DNA of 51,379 bases, from the IMG/VR virus record IMGVR_UViG_3300020460_000021, positions 1 through 51,379 of that record. One strand, 5' to 3'. Below, in pieces: positions 44,495-51,379 of the stretch (within the stretch, counting starts at the first letter, position 1; each line of letters begins with the position of its first letter). The notes beneath the pieces were generated by a model. That model was not told where the DNA came from and did no database searches. It saw only the letters and a list, made by a program, of their open reading frames with translations. Both the position numbers and the translations under genes were made by a program. The stretch comes from a virus. Its lineage: Duplodnaviria > Caudoviricetes.

Positions 44495-45394
44495 CACTTA
44501 TTTATAAGACTGACTATAAAATAGCATAGTGTTTAAAAAAGTCTAAACCATCAATTATGTGCAGGGAAATTAAGTCGCATAAAGTTTAGACAATTAATGT
44601 TCAAGCAGGAAAATAGGCAGAAGTATGGTGTAAACGTAAAGTGCGGAACACCATCACTGCTTGAATATATATAAATAAAAAAATTAAAAAAATGAAAGAG
44701 ATCATCACCTTATATGTGAATGAAGAAATAAGAAAGTTGCAAAATCTTATTTCGTTTATGGAATATATTATAAAGCACTACGATTGCCATATGGACTGTG
44801 CTAAATATATGAAATAATCATGGGTCAAATGTCATATCCCTTCAAAGTTAAGGTGCAAACTAATTTCCAAGACGTTGGTAATACAGATATGTATTAAAAT
44901 TTAATTATATAACAGCATTGTTGATCGTATGTATGGATACATTAAATTTGATTAGTCCCTGTTACACACTTCTATGCAACATACCATAAAGATGATCTCT
45001 TTCAGAATTATTTCCACAAAAACAAAAGATAGAAAAGAAGTAGTTACTACAGTTTCACTTCGCTGTTATCTTTATAAGAAAGGAACAACAGTCGAATGTC
45101 AGTTAAAATCTTGATTTATAGAATAAATAGAGACAAGCAAGTGGTCGTTGAAAATAACGATGGAATGTATAAACAATACATTTTTTGTATAACATTTGTT
45201 GAGGCTTGTAATACAAACGAAGGCCGTCTCATTGTTCATATGTAAAAGTCAACTAACAATTGTCAATACTTTTACATAATAAACAAGAAATTGCCTGTAC
45301 AGTTTATTTTAACTGAATAGCGACTTGCAGTAGTAGTAGAAATAAGTTACGATATATGTTTAGCAGGTATATCTATACCCAACCTACTACTACT
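44493..45394 (+). ncRNA. Tandem array of structured RNA domains (candidate large ncRNA)
   Basis: No ORF of 60 aa or more; about nine consecutive stem-loops, six with 8-14 bp closing stems; G-U pairs favour the + strand. Confidence 0.65.
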
Positions 45395-45425
45395 AAAATT
45401 TAAAACAAATAAGAAAGAACACATT

Positions 45426-45725
45426 ATGTATATCAATCAATTAGATGCATTTACAGAAAAAAAGAAAGATGAAGAAAAAAAATATTATATAGTACCAACC
45501 ATTACATTAATTGGAAATGATAATAATCAATTTATTGGAAGTTTTACTTCTAAAAAAAAAGCTCTTCAATCTTTGATAACTACGTCAGATAGGAATAAAA
45601 ATAAAAAACGAGGTTCAAAAAGAAAAAATATGGGTCAATATTATTATACAAATGGAACACATATCAACGCATGGGTTGATTATCAAGTTAATATAAAAGT
45701 AGTCGAAGAAAGTGAGGTGAAATAA
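45426..45725 (+). CDS. Hypothetical protein
   Basis: 99 aa; coupled to the next gene. Confidence 0.65.
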   Translation: MYINQLDAFTEKKKDEEKKYYIVPTITLIGNDNNQFIGSFTSKKKALQSLITTSDRNKNKKRGSKRKNMGQYYYTNGTHINAWVDYQVNIKVVEESEVK

Positions 45726-46084
45726 TGAAAGAAGAAATAATTGTTCAACAAACACCAACAGAATATTATGAAGAAATAATAGAAGATTTTAAAGAAGGAC
45801 ACAGAGACTATTATTTTGGTATCGAATTAAAAAAAGGTAAAATAGAAATAATTGCTCAATGGCATTCTATAGGTGGATTAGAATATGATATATTTATCGA
45901 CAAAAAAAAATTCCAAGATGGAGGTATTTTAGAAGGCGATACTTACCCTGATGAATTTTTAAACCCTGATAATGATTATTTATTTTATTATTTAGTTACA
46001 GATATTTTAAGTAATAATGAAATACAAATTTATCAAAAAAATAAAAAAAGATTAGTTTATTTAAACAAAAGCGAGGTGAAATAA
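45725..46084 (+). CDS. Hypothetical acidic protein
   Basis: 119 aa; GAGGTG RBS; TAATG coupling. Confidence 0.75.
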   Translation: MKEEIIVQQTPTEYYEEIIEDFKEGHRDYYFGIELKKGKIEIIAQWHSIGGLEYDIFIDKKKFQDGGILEGDTYPDEFLNPDNDYLFYYLVTDILSNNEIQIYQKNKKRLVYLNKSEVK

Positions 46085-46281
46085 TGAGTAAAGAAATGTT
46101 AAATAAAGTAAGTAAACAAGATTGTATGTATGCCATAAGATATTTATGGGAAGAAGGATTTGTAGAAGAAATGACTACAAATAAAAAATATTATACGACA
46201 ATATTGCTTAAAAAAGTAGCCAATTTTTATAATATAAAATTAGAAAGAGAAGATGAAAAAGAAAGGTGGCAAGATGTGTGA
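46084..46281 (+). CDS. Hypothetical protein
   Basis: 65 aa; GAGGTG RBS. Confidence 0.75.
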   Translation: MSKEMLNKVSKQDCMYAIRYLWEEGFVEEMTTNKKYYTTILLKKVANFYNIKLEREDEKERWQDV

Positions 46282-46444
46282 TTGTAAAACAACAGACAAT
46301 GACGAAAATATTTTATATATAGAACGATATGGAGAGAATGGCTCTGCTATCGAAATAGTATGTCGTGAATGTGAAAAACATATAGACATTGTAAACGTAC
46401 ATAATTATCAAGAAAGGAATTATAATGAGTACAGCACTAACTAA
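46253..46444 (+). CDS. Small Cys-containing protein (start may be MCDC near 46274)
   Basis: CDC and CREC; AGGTGG RBS before the second Met. Confidence 0.6.
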   Translation: MKKKGGKMCDCKTTDNDENILYIERYGENGSAIEIVCRECEKHIDIVNVHNYQERNYNEYSTN

Positions 46445-46988
46445 AGAAAAATATGATATTTTAAATTCAATAGGAACAAACTTATTGAGTAAATATGAAA
46501 AAGAACCTCATAAAATGTTAAATCATCTTTGTGATGAATTAAAAAAACATAATTATGTGTATAGCGAATTGCTATATGCAGGGTCTGGAGATGAAGGACA
46601 TATGTATGACTGGTATTTATATGGTGAAGAAACAACAGATAAAAAAACTGGAGAAATTATTTATCAAGAAAATTACGATTTTGATTTAATGAGTTACAGA
46701 GATGAATATACAATAAAAATTCCTACTTCACTTTATAATTGTTTTGCAGTCATAGAAGATTATTTATTGTATGAATATAATAAAGATAAAAATTCATGGT
46801 GGGGTGGAATTGTTACTCATGATTGGATTAATAATGAAGGTGGTGGTGGTACACTTAAAATCACATTTGATGATAAAAAAATAACTTCAAGTGCATATAA
46901 ATATAGACAACAAGAAGAATATTACGGAGATCAATATTTTCAAATTACACAAGATACATTAAAAGGAGTTTATGATGAAAGCGTATAA
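46425..46988 (+). CDS. DUF6878-like protein
   Basis: YAGSGDEG and DWINNEGGGGTL motifs. Confidence 0.7.
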   Translation: MSTALTKEKYDILNSIGTNLLSKYEKEPHKMLNHLCDELKKHNYVYSELLYAGSGDEGHMYDWYLYGEETTDKKTGEIIYQENYDFDLMSYRDEYTIKIPTSLYNCFAVIEDYLLYEYNKDKNSWWGGIVTHDWINNEGGGGTLKITFDDKKITSSAYKYRQQEEYYGDQYFQITQDTLKGVYDESV

Positions 46989-47319
46989 TCATGCATTATC
47001 AAGTGTCAAAAAATTTGGTGGTAAAGTAGAAGATTATATTAAAATACACGAATGGTTCGATGAATCTAAAGGATTTTATGGAGATCTAAGACATCGTGCA
47101 TTACGCCATCATACACAAGGTATTGTAGAATGTGAAAAACTATTTGGAGTTACAATAACCAATTCAAACAATAAAAAGGTTGTTGTAAAATCAATAGCAG
47201 AACAACACATTTTAGAAGACCTAGGTTTTTTACCTACAATAGAAAGTTGGTTTAAAAATATTATGCCACAAAAATGGATGAGTAGCATGAGACATCAAGT
47301 CCCCAAAAATCTAAACTAA
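46972..47319 (+). CDS. DUF6915-like protein
   Basis: HA.SS.KKFGG..EDY..IH.WFD.SK, RHRALRHH and EQH..EDLG..PT. Confidence 0.8.
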   Translation: MMKAYNHALSSVKKFGGKVEDYIKIHEWFDESKGFYGDLRHRALRHHTQGIVECEKLFGVTITNSNNKKVVVKSIAEQHILEDLGFLPTIESWFKNIMPQKWMSSMRHQVPKNLN

Positions 47320-47371
47320 CGTTTCTTTTTACCCTTTATACCTCATTTCTTTTTTTGCAATCGCAAGTTAA

Positions 47372-47400
47372 TTGTTTAATAAATCAAATATAGTTAAGTT
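47372..47400 (+). promoter_or_regulatory. Possible sigma70-like promoter for the recombination/replication genes
   Basis: TTGTTT-17 nt-TAAGTT in the intergenic gap. Confidence 0.4.
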
Positions 47401-47455
47401 CGTAGTAGCAACAGACTCTCTACGTATTTAGCTGTATTTCAACATAAGGAGTACA

Positions 47456-47659
47456 GTGATGTTAAATCATGGACAATACCAGATATTTCATACAAATACT
47501 AAAGACAGATATAGAGTTATTTTAATCGATAACAGAGTTATTGAGGTTGAGACAGACCCTTTAAGTGAAGTTTCCCCTATTTCTCAAGTTATTAAAAAAG
47601 TCGTAAAGGAAAGTGACAATGCCCAAAATACATTTAGACCAAACTATACTACAGACTAA
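47456..47659 (+). CDS. Hypothetical protein
   Basis: AAGGAG RBS. Confidence 0.65.
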   Translation: MMLNHGQYQIFHTNTKDRYRVILIDNRVIEVETDPLSEVSPISQVIKKVVKESDNAQNTFRPNYTTD

Positions 47660-47843
47660 AACAGTAGGTAAAATTTGTGATTACATAAGACATACATTGA
47701 ATTATGTAGATGTTGCAAATGAAGATGCTAGACGAGCAGTTCTTCTTGGTCAACATATCTTAGATACTCACGAAAAAGCCAATGAAAAAATATCGGTTCT
47801 AAAAACACGTTGTCATAAAAACAACGCAAAGAAGTATATATAA
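47613..47843 (+). CDS. Hypothetical protein
   Basis: 76 aa; AAGGA RBS. Confidence 0.6.
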   Translation: MTMPKIHLDQTILQTKTVGKICDYIRHTLNYVDVANEDARRAVLLGQHILDTHEKANEKISVLKTRCHKNNAKKYI

Positions 47844-48001
47844 TGGAATCGTATAAACAATTTGTTGACAGGTTGCGGGTTAATCCCCCCTTAATTAAAC
47901 CTCACGCCCCACAACCTAAGAAAATCAAGTATACCCAAGGAGGTAGCCTTGAAATATTAATTCGCAATCTCAACAAAATGATTAAAAGGAGACTTAAATG
48001 A
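47843..48001 (+). CDS. Small hypothetical protein (52 aa)
   Basis: Translated by hand; TAATG and ATGA overlaps at its two ends. Confidence 0.55.
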   Translation: MESYKQFVDRLRVNPPLIKPHAPQPKKIKYTQGGSLEILIRNLNKMIKRRLK

Positions 48002-48375
48002 ATAATACTATGTATGAAACAGTTAAAACAATAATGTTAGAAAACAGAGCATCAAGAGATAGTGATCCATTATTGTGTTTTTATTACTATCAAATGACAG
48101 ATAACAAATTTGCTCCAAGCAAAGAACCATCCATGTCAGTTAACGAATATTTTGAAAATCTTCATTATAAAAAAATGCCTACTTATTCTAGCATTTCTAG
48201 AGCAAGAAGAAAAGTTCAGGAAGACTATCCAGAATTAAGAGGTTCATTATATAGATACAAAAAAGAAAATACAAAAAACGTTAAAAAATGGGTTCATCAA
48301 ACCAAAGATAATCAACGAGATAAAAACAAATTAATAGAGGCAGGTTTAAAATATGGAAAAAAATACAGCAACTAA
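47998..48375 (+). CDS. Hypothetical phage protein
   Basis: RDSD..L and SISRARRKVQE..PELRG; AGGAG RBS. Confidence 0.75.
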   Translation: MNNTMYETVKTIMLENRASRDSDPLLCFYYYQMTDNKFAPSKEPSMSVNEYFENLHYKKMPTYSSISRARRKVQEDYPELRGSLYRYKKENTKNVKKWVHQTKDNQRDKNKLIEAGLKYGKKYSN

Positions 48376-49195
48376 TCCAAATGAACAACACCATAGAACA
48401 TTAGATCTTATTAACATTATTGATGTAGTATTAGAACAAAAAGCAGAACAAAACAACAAAGACAGAATTAAAGAATCAGAAGGCAGATATAGTGCTTCTG
48501 GTGCAGGTCTTTGTATGAGAAAACAATACTATCAAAAACATAACGCACCTAGAGATAAACATGATAAAATAGGATTGCGTACAATGCGACTTGGTACTGT
48601 ATATGGTGAAGATGTTCAAAATTGTGTGTTACAATATTTTTCTGCTTATGAAAATCTATCTTATAAATGTTATAGTGAAGAATATATATATGCAGATGAT
48701 TTGTATTCACATTCTAAAATTGGTGGACACTTTGATTTATTGATTGTTGATGAAAATAAACAAGGTTATTTGTATGATTTTAAAACTGCAAATAGTTGGA
48801 AATATAAAGGTTTATTTGGTCGCAATCGTTCTACTGCAAATCAAACAAGTAACTATGAATTACAATTAGGAACGTATGCAATGATATTAAATCATACAAA
48901 AAAATATTGTGATAAAGTTGTTCAAATGGGAAATATTTATTTCAATAAAGATAATTCCAATATGCAACAGTTACTAGCCGATGTCGATGTATATATAGAA
49001 TATGCAGATATGTATTGGCAAACACTCAATGATTATGAAAATGAAATGCCATCGATTGGTGGTAATTGCCCTACTTATGAATGGGAATGTAAAAAATATT
49101 GCAACTACAGAACAGTTTGTGATAGTCCATATATCATTCAAAAAAAATCTTCAATAGAAAATATTATTAATAAAGGAGCAGTATATGCAAAATAG
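48353..49195 (+). CDS. Cas4/AddB-like PD-(D/E)xK exonuclease
   Basis: CMRK, GHFD, DFKT, QLGTY and a C-terminal Cys cluster. Confidence 0.85.
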   Translation: MEKNTATNPNEQHHRTLDLINIIDVVLEQKAEQNNKDRIKESEGRYSASGAGLCMRKQYYQKHNAPRDKHDKIGLRTMRLGTVYGEDVQNCVLQYFSAYENLSYKCYSEEYIYADDLYSHSKIGGHFDLLIVDENKQGYLYDFKTANSWKYKGLFGRNRSTANQTSNYELQLGTYAMILNHTKKYCDKVVQMGNIYFNKDNSNMQQLLADVDVYIEYADMYWQTLNDYENEMPSIGGNCPTYEWECKKYCNYRTVCDSPYIIQKKSSIENIINKGAVYAK

Positions 49196-49865
49196 CGGTT
49201 TAGAAAAATTAAATAGCAGTGATTATATGATGCATTTTAATGAAATTGCATTATCTATCACTAAAAAACATGATGAAGTTAGCAACATAGAAACCCCTCG
49301 TGCATTTGTAAAAAGCAAAGCAGGTATGGATTATGTTGATTTAGCTTACATGAGAAAACTTGCTGATAAATATTACCCAGGATGGAGTTGGGAAAAAGCA
49401 GGTTTTCAAATATTAGGTGACCAAGAAGTTATTGTTGAAGGTCATCTAATATGGTTTGACAATGGTGTGAAACGCAAAGGATATTCTTGTGCATCACATA
49501 GAATTGCAAAATCAAGAGAAACAGGTAATTACGTAGACATATCAAACAATATCAAAGCGGCGAATACAGATGCAATGAAAAAAGCATTCAATACGTTTAT
49601 GAATATTGCTGATGACGTATATAAAAAACGTGTTATTGAACCTCTTGCAAAAACACTTGTTGCAGAGTTTCAAACATTGATACAAAAAGCCGAAACACTC
49701 GGTGTGTCTAGAGATACCGTTGCTCGATTTAAAAATGGTTTGTTGAACCACAAAATCAATACAGATAATTATGATGGTCTGTATAAACAACTAGATACAA
49801 TGATACAAGAAAAAACAAAGAAAAAAACAGTTAAAAAGGAGAAAGTAAATGTCAGTTCTGTTTGA
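49185..49865 (+). CDS. Rad52/Sak-like single-strand annealing protein
   Basis: DYV....M...AD..YPGWSWE and KAA.TDAMKKA; next to the exonuclease and SSB. Confidence 0.75.
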   Translation: MQNSGLEKLNSSDYMMHFNEIALSITKKHDEVSNIETPRAFVKSKAGMDYVDLAYMRKLADKYYPGWSWEKAGFQILGDQEVIVEGHLIWFDNGVKRKGYSCASHRIAKSRETGNYVDISNNIKAANTDAMKKAFNTFMNIADDVYKKRVIEPLAKTLVAEFQTLIQKAETLGVSRDTVARFKNGLLNHKINTDNYDGLYKQLDTMIQEKTKKKTVKKEKVNVSSV

Positions 49866-50403
49866 TCCAACCGCAATATCAAGTGAAAAGAAAACATTCA
49901 AACCGTTACCAGAAGGTACATATGCTTGTAATGTTTTAGAATTCCAAGAATCAAAAGTAGACTTAACTACAAAAACAGGTAATGTTATAGACATTATCAA
50001 ACCTGTATTACAAGTCAATGGTGATAAACATGAAGATTTTGCAAATCAAAGAATATTTGCAAACGTATTTATTACTAAAAATACAATTACAGAGAAAGGT
50101 ACACAACCCCCTACCGAGCGAGATAATCAATCTCTTTATTACTTTTTAGATTCTGTCAACTATCCAATGGAAACAGAAGAAGTAGTTGTAGAAGGTACTA
50201 AAAAAAATGCAATTGTATTACCAACAGCAGACGATGAAATAATCAAAGCGGATATTGTCGGTAAACCTGTTATGGTAACTACAAGAAATAAAGAGTATGA
50301 AAAAAAAGATGGAACTATAGGTACTGATACTCAAGTAAGAATGTGGATGAAATGGGAAAATGGAGAGGCCATCGAATCAGAAGATTCAGACCTCCCATTC
50401 TAG
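49849..50403 (+). CDS. Single-stranded DNA-binding protein (DUF669-like)
   Basis: FKPLPEGTY N-terminus, IVGKPV, acidic tail DSDLPF. Confidence 0.75.
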   Translation: MSVLFDPTAISSEKKTFKPLPEGTYACNVLEFQESKVDLTTKTGNVIDIIKPVLQVNGDKHEDFANQRIFANVFITKNTITEKGTQPPTERDNQSLYYFLDSVNYPMETEEVVVEGTKKNAIVLPTADDEIIKADIVGKPVMVTTRNKEYEKKDGTIGTDTQVRMWMKWENGEAIESEDSDLPF

Positions 50404-50414
50404 AACGATCAACA

Positions 50415-50460
50415 ATGAATACAAAGGCGGTTATCCTTTGATTAAATCGCCTTTATTCAT
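50415..50460 (+). terminator. Hairpin after ssb (terminator or processing site)
   Basis: ATGAATA/TATTCAT and AAAGGCGGTT/AATCGCCTTT stems. Confidence 0.55.
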
Positions 50461-50489
50461 AAAGAAAATATAATTAATGGAGGAGTTTC

Positions 50490-50675
50490 GTGTCAACAAC
50501 AACAATTAAAGAAATAGATAAATCAAAAGATATTATTGTAAACGTACCAATATCTCCAATGGAAATATCACATCTAATGGATGGTGCAAAATTCAATTGG
50601 AAAACCACAGATGATAAAGGTATTGAACGTGTACAAATCAATGTATTTCTTGAACAAGATATAGTAAGCGAATGA
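50490..50675 (+). CDS. Hypothetical protein
   Basis: GGAGGAG RBS; GTG start. Confidence 0.7.
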   Translation: MSTTTIKEIDKSKDIIVNVPISPMEISHLMDGAKFNWKTTDDKGIERVQINVFLEQDIVSE

Positions 50676-51133
50676 AATACAAATGCCCTGCTTGTGGTTA
50701 TCAACCTGACAAACAATTAGCAATGAAACAAACAGTAGAAATTTATAAAAACTTTAGTAAGGACATACAAAAAAACCTTAAAAAAATCATTCAAGATGTA
50801 AATAAAATATTGTTTGCTAATCAAATGCCAGTTGAAAAAAAATATAGATTTTTATATAGTATATCTCCTTGTAATGAAGAAGATATTGAATATGGTATAC
50901 GTACTTGGAATCTTAAAAAAATGGCTACAAACGGGAAATCTTTAGAGTATTTATCTGCTATTATTCGTGGTCGTGGAGAAACAAAAGAAGCGACTAAAGT
51001 AATAGAAAAATATACATACGGGTCTAATCCACCCGATATTCAACAAAAGGAGGTTGAAAAAAATGAATCATCTGAATTACATAAACGACTACAAAAAGGA
51101 ATTAAACTCGGTAGAAGAAAATCACACATCTAA
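50672..51133 (+). CDS. Zn-ribbon protein, possibly DnaD-like replication factor
   Basis: CPAC; SLEYLSAII resembles the DnaD C-terminal YxxxI motif. Confidence 0.5.
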   Translation: MKYKCPACGYQPDKQLAMKQTVEIYKNFSKDIQKNLKKIIQDVNKILFANQMPVEKKYRFLYSISPCNEEDIEYGIRTWNLKKMATNGKSLEYLSAIIRGRGETKEATKVIEKYTYGSNPPDIQQKEVEKNESSELHKRLQKGIKLGRRKSHI

Positions 51134-51379
51134 TATTTGTGAATTTAATTGGGATGTAGAAAAAGTACCGATCCATACAGAATTTGGAGAAATACCAAAT
51201 AGATATGCAATTATTAGAAACGATACAAAAGATGTATTATCTGTTGTATCTCCTACTTATGAGATGTTATACAATCAACAACTTGCAGATATGGCTAATG
51301 TATTTTTAGAAATGACAAATAAACCACCAAAAATAAATGAGTTTTATAATGGTGGTCGTATTGCTATCGAAATAGAAAA
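51063..51379 (+). CDS. DUF932-like protein, 5' part (continues at window start)
   Basis: GGAGGT RBS; ATG at 51063 is in frame with the 140..871 ORF through the overlap. Confidence 0.75.
   Translation, partial: MNHLNYINDYKKELNSVEENHTSNICEFNWDVEKVPIHTEFGEIPNRYAIIRNDTKDVLSVVSPTYEMLYNQQLADMANVFLEMTNKPPKINEFYNGGRIAIEIE
51125..51379. repeat. Terminal direct repeat, copy 2
   Basis: Matches 1-255. Confidence 0.95.

Noticed and set aside
44493-45394. CRISPR array or mini-array
   Set aside because: No repeated direct-repeat sequence; the units are unrelated inverted repeats of variable length
47868-47917. Hairpin AGGTTGCGGG/CCCACAACCT as a separate ncRNA
   Set aside because: Lies inside a 52-aa ORF coupled at both ends, and the stem is imperfect with a large loop
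48353-49195. CRISPR-associated cas4
   Set aside because: No other cas genes; context with annealing protein and SSB indicates a recombination exonuclease
982-50716. Short opposite-strand or nested ORFs in the track (e.g. 982-1242, 1944-2228, 31080-31451, 36954-37340, 40676-41032, 49542-49790)
   Set aside because: Shadows of well-supported genes, without RBS or recognisable motifs

Overview
An apparently complete, circularly assembled genome of about 51.1 kb (255-nt overlap at the ends) from a low-GC, short-tailed temperate dsDNA phage. It has two oppositely transcribed arms. The + strand early/replication arm (43.7 kb across the junction to 5.15 kb) encodes a Cas4-like exonuclease, a Rad52/Sak-like annealing protein, SSB, a DUF932-like protein, DnaB, a Xis-like HTH and a Holliday junction resolvase; I recognised no DNA polymerase or primase. 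The - strand arm (43.5 to 5.15 kb) encodes TerS, TerL, portal, scaffold, capsid, adaptors, fibres, a GH108 endolysin, a nozzle, large ejected proteins, a tyrosine integrase, attP and a repressor. Four things stand out. (1) A 2765-aa virion protein combines a Gly-rich hydrophobic segment, an HExxH zincin motif and two-barrel RNA polymerase motifs (RSP...DGDGD), a crAss-like arrangement in a small integrating phage. (2) A ~900-nt region with no long ORF (44493-45394) is built of about nine tandem stem-loop domains, a candidate large ncRNA or RNA array. (3) The repressor has an HTH / coiled-coil / PAS-like layout and a structured upstream RNA. (4) attP carries the 5' half of tRNA-Leu(TAA), flanked by four TACCCCCCAC repeats. 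All family assignments come from motif recognition by eye; no searches or folding programs were run.
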